DNA from: an uncultured candidate division Zixibacteria bacterium
GTDB taxonomy: Bacteria > Zixibacteria > MSB-5A5 > GN15 > FEB-12
Assembly: GCA_963735035.1 (NCBI GenBank)
Contig: CAVTJJ010000006.1
Span: 512,001 to 576,000 of the forward strand
Length of the DNA: 64,000 nucleotides
Reading direction: 5' to 3'
Below the pieces are notes generated by a model. That model saw nothing but the letters and a program-made list of their open reading frames with translations. It made no database searches and had not been told where the DNA came from. Positions 51,688 through 62,534 of the stretch are shown here, piece after piece (position 1 is the stretch's first letter; each line of letters starts with the position of its first letter). The translations under genes and the position numbers were made by a program.

Positions 51688-53583
51688 TTGGTGAATATAT
51701 ATACGCGGACATTTTCGGTACTTCGGAAGTTTTGGAAACAACTGCTGACTGCATCGGTCTCGGCGGCAATCTACTCGCTTCTGACCGGGTTGATGCTTTG
51801 GATGATCGGCCCGCTGATGATGGCGCTTTTCCATGTCGAGTCGAGCTCGATGATGCCAGGGATGGGCACGGAGTTTGTCCAGCCGCTTCAGCCCGGAACC
51901 GCGGCTGGGGCGTCGCCGCTCGCCGAGTCTCAGAATTGGATTTATGAACTCAAAGATTCATTCAAAAGTCTGATCGATTCAGCGGTAGCGTCCGAGAATC
52001 GCTCCGAAGTGATTTTCAATTTCTGTATTCTGATCCTGATAGTAGCGCTCGCCAAGAATATCTTCTACTACCTGCAGGCGTATTACATGGTCTGGGTGCA
52101 ACAATCGGTGATGCGTGATTTCCGCGACCGACTGTTTGCCAAATATCAACGACTGTCGTTGGCCTACTTCCATTCCTTGCGAACGGGCCAGATCATCTCA
52201 CGGGTGACCAATGATGTTTCGGTGCTAAACGAGTCTATCGATATTGGCTTCAATCAACTGGTCTCCGACGGTGTGCTGGTAATCGTGCTGGCTGTGTCGT
52301 TGGTAGTGCTCAGTTGGGAGTTGACCCTGATGGCGGCGCTGGTGCTCCCGGCGGTCTTCGGGTTCATGTTGTACATTGGCCGCAAGATGCGAAAGTATTC
52401 TGACCGGGCGCAGAGGAAGATGGCGGACGTCAATTCAGTACTAGAAGAGGCGGTCAACAACGTCCGCATCGTCAAAGCATTCTCCATGGAAGAATTCGAA
52501 TCGAAGAAGTTCTTCCATACTACCTGGGACTATTTTCGGTCGCTCGTACGGATGCGGCGCATTCGGCACCTCTCGTCACCCATCAATGACATGCTGGCCA
52601 CTATCGCCGGGACTGTAATTCTGTACGTTGCGGGTACGCGTATTATTGAGGGGACGGGTAAACTGGACGTCGGCGATTTCATGACGTTCATTCTGGTCAT
52701 GTTCACGATGATCAAACCGGTGAAATCGCTCAGCCAGATTCATATCAAGCTGCAAGAGGGCATGGCGGCGTCGGAACGCATCTTTGAGGTGCTGGACACC
52801 GAGGAAGATGTCGTCGATCCACCGAGCGCCGCACAAATCGACCAGTTCAGCCAGTCGATCCGCTATAACCGTGTTTCGTTTGCCTATAAGGGTACTGGCC
52901 CGATTCTGAGCGACATATCGCTCGAAATCAAGCACGGGGAAGTGGTTGCTATCGTTGGGCCGTCTGGAGCGGGAAAGTCGACGATGTTAGACCTCCTGCC
53001 TCGATTCTATGACCCACAAGAAGGATCGATTACGATTGACGGGATCGATATTCGTCAGGTAACCCTCAAGTCGCTGCGCGATTTGATGGGTATCGTCACA
53101 CAGGAGACTTATCTTTTTAACGATACTATCCGCAGCAATATCGCGTATGGGCATGACGATCTACCGATCGAGAAGGTCCAGGAAGCAGCCCGGATGGCCA
53201 ACGCTCATGAGTTTATCGGCGAACTGGAGAATGGCTACGACACGCTGGTAGGTAATCGCGGAGTCAAGCTATCCGGAGGCCAGCGTCAGAGAATCGCAAT
53301 TGCCCGTGCGCTTTTGAGAAATCCGCAGATTCTGATCTTTGATGAGGCCACGTCGGCGCTCGACACCGAGTCGGAGTCGCAGGTGCAGGAGGCGATAGAT
53401 CGACTTCTGGCGGATCGCACCGTTCTGGTTATCGCGCACCGCCTGTCGACCGTGAAACACGCCAATCGGATTCTGGTCATCGACAAGGGTCGGATTGTCG
53501 AGAGTGGGACTCATGATGAATTGATGGCGCGACAGGGGCTCTACCAGCGCCTGTATCTCATGCAGTTCAGGGATTCTGAATGA
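51688..53583 (+). CDS. msbA: MsbA-like ABC exporter
   Basis: TM domain plus GPSGAGKS, LSGGQRQR and DEATSALD; adjacent LPS core transferases. Confidence 0.85.
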   Translation: MVNIYTRTFSVLRKFWKQLLTASVSAAIYSLLTGLMLWMIGPLMMALFHVESSSMMPGMGTEFVQPLQPGTAAGASPLAESQNWIYELKDSFKSLIDSAVASENRSEVIFNFCILILIVALAKNIFYYLQAYYMVWVQQSVMRDFRDRLFAKYQRLSLAYFHSLRTGQIISRVTNDVSVLNESIDIGFNQLVSDGVLVIVLAVSLVVLSWELTLMAALVLPAVFGFMLYIGRKMRKYSDRAQRKMADVNSVLEEAVNNVRIVKAFSMEEFESKKFFHTTWDYFRSLVRMRRIRHLSSPINDMLATIAGTVILYVAGTRIIEGTGKLDVGDFMTFILVMFTMIKPVKSLSQIHIKLQEGMAASERIFEVLDTEEDVVDPPSAAQIDQFSQSIRYNRVSFAYKGTGPILSDISLEIKHGEVVAIVGPSGAGKSTMLDLLPRFYDPQEGSITIDGIDIRQVTLKSLRDLMGIVTQETYLFNDTIRSNIAYGHDDLPIEKVQEAARMANAHEFIGELENGYDTLVGNRGVKLSGGQRQRIAIARALLRNPQILIFDEATSALDTESESQVQEAIDRLLADRTVLVIAHRLSTVKHANRILVIDKGRIVESGTHDELMARQGLYQRLYLMQFRDSE

Positions 53584-54698
53584 ACTTGCTCTTTTTGGAT
53601 TCCGTCGAACGCGACACGTTTGGCGGCTACGAGAATTGGATATTGCTTGCGGCCGATTATTTTGTCCGCAAAGGTTACCCGGTGACCGCGGTCGGTCGCA
53701 GCGGTTCAGAATACTTGCGCCGGGCGGCGGCCTTCAATAGTCAGATCGAGACGGTCGGACTGCCGATTTCGGGTGACTTCAACCCGCTCACTATATATAG
53801 ACTTCGCAGTTTACTGGCCCAGGAACGAATTGATCTGATGGTGGTCAATTTCAACAAGGATGTGCGTCTTGGCGGACTCGCTGCCCGCTGGTATGGATCG
53901 ACCCGCGTCTGCTGGCGCCTTGGTTTGGATATCACTGCAAACGGTTGGGCGCACCGCTTCTTTTCACCGCGACTGGTAGACGGAGTGATTGTCCCGTCGC
54001 ACGCGCTGAAAAAGCAGGTGATGCGGCACGGTTATCTGCGCGATGACATGATCCGGGTAATTCACAACGGCACCGAAGACAAGGCTTTCGTGCGACCCGA
54101 CCCGGTAGCACAGGCGGCTCTTCGTCGAAAGTATCAACTGAGCGACCATGATCTGGTGGCCGTTGTTGCCGGGCGTTTTGTCGATCAAAAGGGGCATATC
54201 TATCTCGTGGAAGCGGCTACGCAAATTGTCGCACAGGTGCCACAAGTGCGGTTCCTGCTTCTCGGAAACGGACCGTTAGAGCCGTTGCTGAAGCAACGAA
54301 TCGCGGAACTGAAGCTGGACAAGTATTTCGTCTTTGCAGGGATGCTGGATAACATCGACGCGGAACTGGCCGGGGCCGATCTGATGGTCCATCCGGCGGT
54401 CGAGGAGCCGTTTTCGCATTCAATTCTGGAGGGCATGCGTGCCGGACTGCCGATTGTGGCGAGCAACGTGGGTGGCGTACCCGAAGCCTTGGCGGACGAG
54501 GTGAACGCCCTGCTAGTGCCGTCGAAAGATCCGGTACTATTGGCGAAAGCAGTAGTTCGCATGCTCAAGGATGCCGGGTTACGCGATCGATTCAGCCAGG
54601 CGACTCAAGCTCGATGGCGCGAGCAGTTTCGGGCCGACGCTATGATGCTTCAGGTTGAAGAGTATTTTGAGTTACTTCTTGCGAAGAGGAGTAACTAA
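53580..54698 (+). CDS. Glycosyltransferase family 4
   Basis: GRFVDQKG and EPFSHSILEGMRAGLPIVASNVGGVPE motifs. Confidence 0.9.
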   Translation: MNLLFLDSVERDTFGGYENWILLAADYFVRKGYPVTAVGRSGSEYLRRAAAFNSQIETVGLPISGDFNPLTIYRLRSLLAQERIDLMVVNFNKDVRLGGLAARWYGSTRVCWRLGLDITANGWAHRFFSPRLVDGVIVPSHALKKQVMRHGYLRDDMIRVIHNGTEDKAFVRPDPVAQAALRRKYQLSDHDLVAVVAGRFVDQKGHIYLVEAATQIVAQVPQVRFLLLGNGPLEPLLKQRIAELKLDKYFVFAGMLDNIDAELAGADLMVHPAVEEPFSHSILEGMRAGLPIVASNVGGVPEALADEVNALLVPSKDPVLLAKAVVRMLKDAGLRDRFSQATQARWREQFRADAMMLQVEEYFELLLAKRSN

Positions 54699-54702
54699 TC
54701 GC

Positions 54703-55803
54703 ATGACCAAGTGGTTTGAACACCGTGCGAAGGATATCGTTTTCGGCGCCTGCCGGATCTTCTTTCGGAAAGGACGCCGCGACTTGACAGTGCTTGATGC
54801 TTCGTCCATGACCAAAGTGCTCTTCCTTCGCCCGGAGAAGATCGGCGATATGGTGATATCCCTGCCGGTGTTTGATGCTCTTCATGCCCGTTACCCGCAC
54901 CTCAAGATTTCTATTCTGGCCTCACCGGTAAACGTCGGACTGATCAAAGATGATCCCCGTTTCGACAAGATCTTTCTCTATCGGAAATGGACCCGGGAAG
55001 ATTTCCGGCAATTGTCACAGATCCGGCGTAAACGCTTCGACTGTGTGATAGACATGATCGACAACGATTCGGTGACGGCGCTCTTCTTCTCGCAACTGGC
55101 CGGACGGAAGGCGATCAGAATCGGAGTGGGCAAGACCCGGCACGCGGTATTCTATGATTTCAATCATGTTCACGCCGACGGGATCGGCGAACATACGGTC
55201 GACAACACGCTGAAGCTTCTGGCTCCGTTCGGTATCGACGGTTCGAAGCAATCCGGATTTGCCCCCCCGTACATACCGGTCGAGGCACGAAAGCGAATAG
55301 ATGGTTTTCTGAGTGAGTCGTCCGGTGGGGGTAAGCTGGTAGGCTTGAATCTTTCGGCGGGGCGTCCGAACAGAATCTGGCCGGATGACAGGGCGGTGGA
55401 GCTCTGCCGACGTTTGAAAGCCCGACGTCCGGATCTGCAAATTGTGGTGAGCTGTGTGACATCGGATCGCCAGCGTGGCGAAGATGTTGTGTCGAGAGTC
55501 GGAGGAGTGGCGCGTCTGGTTCCGCCGGGTTTGAATCTGCTCGAAGTCAGCGCTCTGATTTCACGCCTGAATCTGTTGATCTCGCCGGATACTTCGCTTA
55601 TTCATATTGCGAGATCGTTCCAGGTGCCGGTGGTCGGTCTGTATAACCTGGCGACGAAGAATTTCCGCCGCTGGCAGCCGTATCGACAGCCCGACGGAGC
55701 GGTTGTAGGCGCCCACTTTGATACTATTGATGACATTACAGTGGATCAGGTGTATGCTTGTGTGCAACGAGTGTTGGAGCGCGTGGAGAAAGTAAAGGCA
55801 TGA
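54703..55803 (+). CDS. Glycosyltransferase family 9 (heptosyltransferase-like)
   Basis: KIGDMVISLP and SPDTSLIHIA motifs. Confidence 0.9.
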   Translation: MTKWFEHRAKDIVFGACRIFFRKGRRDLTVLDASSMTKVLFLRPEKIGDMVISLPVFDALHARYPHLKISILASPVNVGLIKDDPRFDKIFLYRKWTREDFRQLSQIRRKRFDCVIDMIDNDSVTALFFSQLAGRKAIRIGVGKTRHAVFYDFNHVHADGIGEHTVDNTLKLLAPFGIDGSKQSGFAPPYIPVEARKRIDGFLSESSGGGKLVGLNLSAGRPNRIWPDDRAVELCRRLKARRPDLQIVVSCVTSDRQRGEDVVSRVGGVARLVPPGLNLLEVSALISRLNLLISPDTSLIHIARSFQVPVVGLYNLATKNFRRWQPYRQPDGAVVGAHFDTIDDITVDQVYACVQRVLERVEKVKA

Positions 55804-56564
55804 CCAAGCTGACGGCGGTAATAATCGCGCGCAACGAGGAAGCCAACTTGCCGAGATGTCTGGCTTCGTTGAAATGGGTCGACGAAATAATAGTCGGCGA
55901 TTGCGGTTCGACCGACCGTACGGTCGCAATCGCACAAGAGGCGGGAGCCCAAATCGTCACTTATGAGTGGTGCGGGTACGGCCCGGCCAAGCAAACCGTG
56001 GCCTCACACGCGACCGGTGATTGGATACTGTCCATTGACGCTGATGAAGAAGTCACCCTTGAACTGGCAAGAGAAATTCGCGGTGTGATTGACAACCCAA
56101 GAGACGTCGCCGGGTATCGACTTCCGAGAAAGACGTCGTTTCTTGGTCGCTGGATAGAACATGGTGGCTGGTATCCCGATCGGGTGCTGCGCCTTTATCG
56201 CCGAGGTCAGGGCAGGTTTACGTCGTCAAGCGTTCATGAAGCGCTCGAAGTTGACGGGTCGGTCGGCACTCTGACCAACGACCTGCTTCACTACAGTTAC
56301 CCAACGTTGGAAGTGTATTTTGAGAAATTCAACCGCTATACAACGCTGGCGGCCGAGGAGGCTTTCTGCAAAGGGGTGAGGGGCAGTCTGGTGAAGACCT
56401 TCCTTAACCCGATGGCAAAATTCGCCAAGCAATATTTTTTGAGAGCCGGATTTCTCGACGGAACGGAAGGACTGCTCCTCGCCGCGCTTTCCGCCGGTTA
56501 CGTCATGACCAAGTATGCCAAATTGCGTCAACTGGAACGTCAAAGTCGGGGAATACCAAGATAA
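55800..56564 (+). CDS. Glycosyltransferase family 2 (LPS core beta-1,4-glucosyltransferase-like)
   Basis: IARNEE, WILSIDADE, GWYPD, VHE and GFLDG motifs. Confidence 0.9.
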   Translation: MTKLTAVIIARNEEANLPRCLASLKWVDEIIVGDCGSTDRTVAIAQEAGAQIVTYEWCGYGPAKQTVASHATGDWILSIDADEEVTLELAREIRGVIDNPRDVAGYRLPRKTSFLGRWIEHGGWYPDRVLRLYRRGQGRFTSSSVHEALEVDGSVGTLTNDLLHYSYPTLEVYFEKFNRYTTLAAEEAFCKGVRGSLVKTFLNPMAKFAKQYFLRAGFLDGTEGLLLAALSAGYVMTKYAKLRQLERQSRGIPR

Positions 56565-56565
56565 G

Positions 56566-57609
56566 ATGAGCGACCAGATCGACATACAATCCGGGGATAG
56601 ACTTCTTGTGAGCCGTACTGACCGCCTCGGCGACCTCGTGTTGGCGCTACCGTTCGTGGAAACACTTCACGCCCGGTTTCCCGACTGTCCGGTTGACGTC
56701 ATGGCGTCGCTGTATGCTTCGCCGATTCTGGAAAACAACCCGAGCATCGACCGGATCATCCGAGTGCAGAACGATCAACTTACAACGAGTCGGCACTACC
56801 GCAAGGAGCTGGAACATCGGATCCTAAAGGGAGAATACAAGGCGGTGGTTGTGCTCTTTCCGGAGCGCCATATCAGCCAGCTGCTGTATCGGGTTGGGGT
56901 TCCCGTGAGAATCGGCACAGCCGGTCGCTTCCACTCGGTGTTCTTCACCCACCGTTTGGTACATAGCCGCAAGGCCAACAAGAAACACGAATCCGAATAC
57001 AACCTGGATTTCCTGGCGTATTTTCCTGAGGGGGGCACGGTTCACGAACCGACGGTCTACCCGACTCCGAAAGAAATCGCCAACGCTCACCGGATACTCG
57101 ATAGTCAAGGCATAGCCCGTCCGTTCATCGTGGTGCACCCCGGTTCCGGGGGCTCAGCCGAGCGCTGGCCGATGGATCGCTTTGTCGAGCTTTACTCGCA
57201 TCTGAACCGGAACGGCCGTCAGGTTGTTATTACCGGATCGGAGCCGGAAGGGGAGGCGGTTCGAAAAATTGCCGCTGACAAAGGTATTACCCTCAACGAG
57301 ATTACCGGACAGACCGATCTTAGAACATTGGCCGCCGTTTTGTCGTTGGCGTCGGCGGTAGTCGCCAATTCGACCGGACCGTTACATTTGGCGGTGGCGG
57401 TCGGAACGAAAGTTGTCGGCCTATACCCGGGACGGCAGATCATGTCACCGGTAAGATGGGGTCCGATTGGTGAAGGTCATCGGGTGGTTCAGCCGGAAGT
57501 CGAACAATGCCGCTGTCCGGCCGGGCGATGCCGTTGTATGGAAACCATAAGTGTAGAACAGGTAGCCGAGGCTGTCGGAGCTGTGTATGACAACGCCGTT
57601 GGAAAGTAA
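56566..57609 (+). CDS. Glycosyltransferase family 9 (heptosyltransferase-like)
   Basis: DRLGDLVLALP, HPGSGGS and NSTGPLHLA motifs. Confidence 0.9.
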   Translation: MSDQIDIQSGDRLLVSRTDRLGDLVLALPFVETLHARFPDCPVDVMASLYASPILENNPSIDRIIRVQNDQLTTSRHYRKELEHRILKGEYKAVVVLFPERHISQLLYRVGVPVRIGTAGRFHSVFFTHRLVHSRKANKKHESEYNLDFLAYFPEGGTVHEPTVYPTPKEIANAHRILDSQGIARPFIVVHPGSGGSAERWPMDRFVELYSHLNRNGRQVVITGSEPEGEAVRKIAADKGITLNEITGQTDLRTLAAVLSLASAVVANSTGPLHLAVAVGTKVVGLYPGRQIMSPVRWGPIGEGHRVVQPEVEQCRCPAGRCRCMETISVEQVAEAVGAVYDNAVGK

Positions 57610-59767
57610 ACCGCAGTTAACCTACAATCTGGCGCAGTTTATCATTCAGGTAGAGGCGCTCAATGCCAATATCGACGTGGCGCTTCTGCGGCGGGCGTAC
57701 GAGTTTTCCGACAAGGCTCACGCGGGTCAGCGACGGTCATCCGGCGAGCCGTTTATCGAACATTGTCACGAAGTTGCCATTTTCCTCGCAGAGTTGCACA
57801 TGGATTCGACCACCCTGGCGGCGGGATTGCTCCACGACGTGGTCGAAGACACCCAATACACGCTCGAGAATATCCGCGATGAATTCGGCGACGAAGTAGC
57901 CGACCTGGTGGACGGTGTTTCCAAGATCGGCGCGGTCGAGTTCAACTCGCTCGAAGAGCAGCAGGCCGACTATTTCCGCAAGATGCTCCTGAGCATGGCG
58001 AAAGATATCCGGGTTATCATCATCAAACTGGCCGACCGGATGCACAACATGCGGACGCTCGAAGCGCTTCCTGCGGCCAAACGCAAACGGATCGCGCAGG
58101 AGACGCACGACGTCTACGCCCCGCTGGCACATCGATTGGGCATCTACAAGGCCAAGACCGAACTCGAAGACCTGGCGTTGAAACACCTTCAGCCGGACAT
58201 CTATGTCGAGCTGGCCAAGGCGGTCAAGGAGAAAAGGGAGGAGCGCGAAGCCTATATCGAGGAGATCGCCAAGCCGATCAAAGAGGCGCTCGCCAAGGAT
58301 GGCATCAAAGCGGATGTGTACGGTCGGGCCAAACATCTCGATTCCATCCATCACAAGATCGTCGGGCGGGGAGTACCGTTCGACCAGATTTATGACTTGC
58401 TGGCCATTCGTGTAATCGTCCAGAATGAACGCGAATGCTATCACACGATGGGTATTCTCCACGCCATGTGGAAACCGGTGACGGGGCGGTTTCATGATTA
58501 TATCGCCAACCCGAAACCGAATGGTTACCGCTCGCTCCATACCACTGTGTTCGGGCCGCGCAACAAAACTGTCGAAATCCAGATCCGCACCCGAAAGATG
58601 CACGAGTTCGCCGAGAATGGAATCGCCGCCCACTGGCTCTACAAAGAGGGGCGACAGTTCTTAAGCAAAGACGACAAACAGATGATCTGGCTGCGGGGCG
58701 TGCTCGAGTGGCAGAAGGATGATCTGCTCAACCCGACCGAATTCATGGAATACCTGAAGATGGACCTCTACGCCGAGGACATCTTTGTGTATACCCCGAA
58801 AGGTCGCCTGGTGCACCTACCTCGCGGGGCGACATCGCTGGATTTCGCGTTTCAGATTCACACGCAGGTTGGTTTGCACTGTGCCGGGGCCAAGATCAAC
58901 GGACGTTTGCAGCCGCTCTCTACCAAACTCCGCTCCGGCGACCAGGTGGACATAATTACCAACCTAAGTCACACCCCGTCGCACGACTGGCTGAAACTGG
59001 TCAAGACGTCATCGGCGCGGTCGCGTATTCGCCGCTGGCTCAAACAGGCCGGGTTCGAACAGTCAGTAGCGCTGGGAAAAGAGATCCTCGAACGTCGCCT
59101 GAAAGAAATGCGGCTGGAGATGCCGAATGACGCCCAGCTTCAGGAATACGCCGAGCATCTCGACCAGAAATCGGTCGAGAACATGTTCGCCGCCCTTGGA
59201 AGCGGCGCGCTGGCCGCCCGCAACGTCATCAATTTGTATCACCCCGAGGAAATCCCCGAGACTCAACCCGGCCTGGTGGGCCGTCTGGTCGACAAGATGC
59301 GCGGCTCGAAAGGTGTACGCGTACAGGGGATGGCCAACATGATGTTCCGCTTTGCCGGCTGCTGCCAGCCGGTTCCCGGTGAAGATATTGTCGGCTTCAT
59401 TACGCGAGGCCGAGGTGTGACCGTTCACCATGCCAATTGTAAGCTGGCAATCGATTTGGCCAACCAATCACCGGAACGGAAGATAGCGGTTAGCTGGGAT
59501 GCCGGCCGGGACCAGTCATTTATCGTGCAGCTCGACGTGGTTGTCGAAGACCGCAAAGGGATGCTGCATGACATCACCGAGGCGATCGCCGATTCGAATA
59601 CCAACGTCCGGGGCGCCGAAATCTATTCGCTCGACACAACTGCACAGGGCAAATTCCTGATCGAAGTTTCAAGCCTGTCGCACCTCAACCGGATCATCGA
59701 CAAGATGAAGAAGGTAAAGGGCGTGATCCAGGTGACCCGCTCACGGCGCTACGACCCGGGCGAGTAG
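57587..59767 (+). CDS. spoT: Bifunctional (p)ppGpp synthetase/hydrolase (long RSH)
   Basis: LHDVVED, KLADRMHN, KPNGYRSLHT, EIQIRT; TGS, CCQPVPG and ACT regions. Confidence 0.95.
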   Translation: MTTPLESKPQLTYNLAQFIIQVEALNANIDVALLRRAYEFSDKAHAGQRRSSGEPFIEHCHEVAIFLAELHMDSTTLAAGLLHDVVEDTQYTLENIRDEFGDEVADLVDGVSKIGAVEFNSLEEQQADYFRKMLLSMAKDIRVIIIKLADRMHNMRTLEALPAAKRKRIAQETHDVYAPLAHRLGIYKAKTELEDLALKHLQPDIYVELAKAVKEKREEREAYIEEIAKPIKEALAKDGIKADVYGRAKHLDSIHHKIVGRGVPFDQIYDLLAIRVIVQNERECYHTMGILHAMWKPVTGRFHDYIANPKPNGYRSLHTTVFGPRNKTVEIQIRTRKMHEFAENGIAAHWLYKEGRQFLSKDDKQMIWLRGVLEWQKDDLLNPTEFMEYLKMDLYAEDIFVYTPKGRLVHLPRGATSLDFAFQIHTQVGLHCAGAKINGRLQPLSTKLRSGDQVDIITNLSHTPSHDWLKLVKTSSARSRIRRWLKQAGFEQSVALGKEILERRLKEMRLEMPNDAQLQEYAEHLDQKSVENMFAALGSGALAARNVINLYHPEEIPETQPGLVGRLVDKMRGSKGVRVQGMANMMFRFAGCCQPVPGEDIVGFITRGRGVTVHHANCKLAIDLANQSPERKIAVSWDAGRDQSFIVQLDVVVEDRKGMLHDITEAIADSNTNVRGAEIYSLDTTAQGKFLIEVSSLSHLNRIIDKMKKVKGVIQVTRSRRYDPGE

Positions 59768-59795
59768 GGGACTTGGGTGAGGGAGAACTATCAAT

Positions 59796-60221
59796 ATGAA
59801 GAAATCACCCGTGACGAAGAAAGCCGCCCCGAAAGGCGCAAAACCGTTGAACGTAGACGATTACCTGGCTTCGGCTCCTGAAGAGATGCGACCGATGCTT
59901 CAGAAGCTCCGTGCGACCATAAAATCGGCCGCTCCGAAAGCTGAGGAGTGTATCAGCTACGGCATCCCGACCTACAAACTCAACGGCCCACTGGTCCATT
60001 TCCTGGTTCGCAAAGACTACTGCAGTCTGGTGACCGTGACCCGGTCGGTTATCGCAATGTTTAAGAGTGAGCTTGGGGTGTTCGACGTCTCCGGTACTAC
60101 GATTCATTTCACCCCGGACAATCAACTTACGTCAGCGCTGGTCAAGAAGATCGTCAAGGCGCGGATCAAAGAGAACGAAGCTTTAGCCAAGACGTCCAAG
60201 CCGAAGACCAAGTCCAAGTAG
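59796..60221 (+). CDS. DUF1801 (YdhG-like) protein
   Basis: VDDYL...LRATIK..AP.AEECISYGIPTY...GTTIHF. Confidence 0.85.
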   Translation: MKKSPVTKKAAPKGAKPLNVDDYLASAPEEMRPMLQKLRATIKSAAPKAEECISYGIPTYKLNGPLVHFLVRKDYCSLVTVTRSVIAMFKSELGVFDVSGTTIHFTPDNQLTSALVKKIVKARIKENEALAKTSKPKTKSK

Positions 60222-60667
60222 TCAATCACCACTGTTGATAAGTCAGGTTTGGGAAGCTCGGACGGACTTTGTCCGGTTCCCGGCTATCCAAGCGGGCAGG
60301 ACAGACGCCCCTTCAGCACAGCCTATAGGTCCTTGCAGTCCACTTTGTGGGGCAAGCGGTATTCGAACCTTCTTCTTTTGTGCCCTTTCTTGTCCTTTAT
60401 GGAACCTGAAAGGGGACTCTTTGTTACAACATTCAAGTTCGGCTCGCGGGGCATGCTCGCGAAACTCATTGACCTGACCCAATGCGGGCGATGCTCTCCG
60501 GACCGAACTAAGAGACAGCAAGATCATGAATTGGTTTATGAACAGAGGACAGTCGTCGAAGGAACTATCCTGTCGGTAAATAGATTGCATGGAATAGATA
60601 GCGAATCACTTTAGCCAATGTCTTCGGCCGCTATGTGAAGGCATTGGAGACTTGACGGAGGCAGATT

Positions 60668-62527
60668 ATGAACATCATGCGGCGGTTAGCAGGTGTGGCG
60701 TTAATGATGCTGGTGGCATTGCTTGGTGGCAATGTCATAAGCCAAACGCCCGCGGGCGCCCCTGTGGCGCCATCTATCAAGACCCTTGAATATGTCGGCA
60801 GCGCGTTGTGGATCGGAGTCCATGAGGTCCGCATCGACGGCTCAATTGCGTACTGCGCCATGCCGTATGGAATAGAGGCGTTCGACATCAAGGTCCCCTC
60901 CAAACCGACAATCATAGGCCAGCTCTATACAGAGGGAACGGCGCATCGGATGGCGGTCAAGAACGGTCTCATCTATCTGGCCGATGGCGAGGCCGGGCTA
61001 CAGATCATTGATTTCACGAATCCTGCTGCTCCCAGGGTCGTTGGCAAGTGTGTCACTCACGGTCACGCGTATGATGTTGAATTGGGGGGGAAGTATGCCT
61101 ACATGGCGGATGGCGATGCCGGTCTGGAAGTGATCGACGTATCGACTCCCGCGACCCCAAAATTAGTGGGGAACTACGATTCTCCCGGGACTGCCTTCGG
61201 TGTGACTCTGATCGGCAAGTATGCCTATATCGCCGATGGCAATCAGGGGCTTCAGATAGTGGATATCTCCAATCCGAAGTCGCCCCACTGGTCGGTGCGG
61301 GCGGATATGCGCGGCGAGGCTAGAGATGTCGCCGTTTCGGGCAAGTATGCTTATGTGGCTGCCGACGAGGAAGGGCTGCACATCTTCGATGTCTCCAAAC
61401 CTTCATTCCCGAAGCGGGTTGGGATTCTCGACTCGCCCGGAAGAGCTTTTGGAGTTGATGTTATTGGAGCGGATGTCTTACTCGCCGACGGCCACGCCGG
61501 CTTGCAGATAATTGATGTTTCCAACCCGGCTCAGCCGAAACATATCGGTACCGGCCAGACCCCGGGGCTTGCTCTGGGTGTGGCGGTGGCCGGCTCGATC
61601 GCCTGTGTCGGCGACGGTGACGCTGGTCTCAAGTTGTTCGACATCACGCAGCGCGATCATCCGAAGATGGTCGGCGACACCGGTATGCCGGGATTTGTCG
61701 CGAGTGTCGATGTTCGCGGCAATTACGCCTACACCGCCAACTATGAAGCCGGACTGCGCGTGCTGGACATCTCCAAGCCCGCTTCCCCGCAACTGGTCGG
61801 TGAATTCGACAGCCCCGGTTCGGCCTCAGCGGTCGCGCTGCAGGGCGACAATGCTCTTGTTTCCGACGGCATCGCCGGATTGCAGATTGTCAACGTGGCC
61901 AATCCCGCCAAGTGCAGTCTCCTGGGAAGCTACCACTCCGGGCGGCTGGTGGTCGACGCCGCCTCATCCGGTCAGTTGGCCTATCTCGCAAACGGTGAGC
62001 AAGGGGTGAGCATTGTTGATATCGGTGACCCCAAGAGTCCCGATCTGGTGAGCGAATACGATACGTCGGGCTCAGTCATGGGTGTCGCCCAGGACGGAAA
62101 TTACCTGTATCTCGCGTCGGGCAGCAACGGCCTTCAGATTATCGATATTTCGAATACAGCCAAGCCAAGGTCTATAGGGGTGCACGACACTCCCGGATAC
62201 GCTTCCGGGGTAGTAGTAGCGGGGCAATACGCCTACCTCGCCGACGGGTTCACCGGTCTGGCCATAGTGGACATCTCCGACAAGATGAAGCCGCGCCAGG
62301 TTGGTGTGTGCGCTACTCCCGGTGATGCCAAGAAGGTGGTTGTGGCCGACGGGAAAGCGTATGTCGCCGACGATGACGCCGGGGTGGTGGTTATCGACGT
62401 GTCCAATCCAGCGACGCCGCGTATGATAGCGCAGTATAACACTAAAGGTCAATGCTACGATGTTGCTTATCAATCGGGACTCGTTTACGTGGCCGACCTG
62501 TACGGTATGCTGGTTTTGAAGCCGTAG
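60668..62527 (+). CDS. Exported LVIVD repeat beta-propeller protein
   Basis: Signal peptide and roughly 13 YAYxADGxxGLxIxDxSxPxxP repeats. Confidence 0.92.
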   Translation: MNIMRRLAGVALMMLVALLGGNVISQTPAGAPVAPSIKTLEYVGSALWIGVHEVRIDGSIAYCAMPYGIEAFDIKVPSKPTIIGQLYTEGTAHRMAVKNGLIYLADGEAGLQIIDFTNPAAPRVVGKCVTHGHAYDVELGGKYAYMADGDAGLEVIDVSTPATPKLVGNYDSPGTAFGVTLIGKYAYIADGNQGLQIVDISNPKSPHWSVRADMRGEARDVAVSGKYAYVAADEEGLHIFDVSKPSFPKRVGILDSPGRAFGVDVIGADVLLADGHAGLQIIDVSNPAQPKHIGTGQTPGLALGVAVAGSIACVGDGDAGLKLFDITQRDHPKMVGDTGMPGFVASVDVRGNYAYTANYEAGLRVLDISKPASPQLVGEFDSPGSASAVALQGDNALVSDGIAGLQIVNVANPAKCSLLGSYHSGRLVVDAASSGQLAYLANGEQGVSIVDIGDPKSPDLVSEYDTSGSVMGVAQDGNYLYLASGSNGLQIIDISNTAKPRSIGVHDTPGYASGVVVAGQYAYLADGFTGLAIVDISDKMKPRQVGVCATPGDAKKVVVADGKAYVADDDAGVVVIDVSNPATPRMIAQYNTKGQCYDVAYQSGLVYVADLYGMLVLKP

Positions 62528-62534
62528 CGATCTT

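Noticed and set aside
60225..60245. TTATCAACAGTGG on the minus strand as a SAM-I riboswitch start
   Set aside because: Downstream conserved SAM-I elements are absent and it runs antisense into a coding gene.
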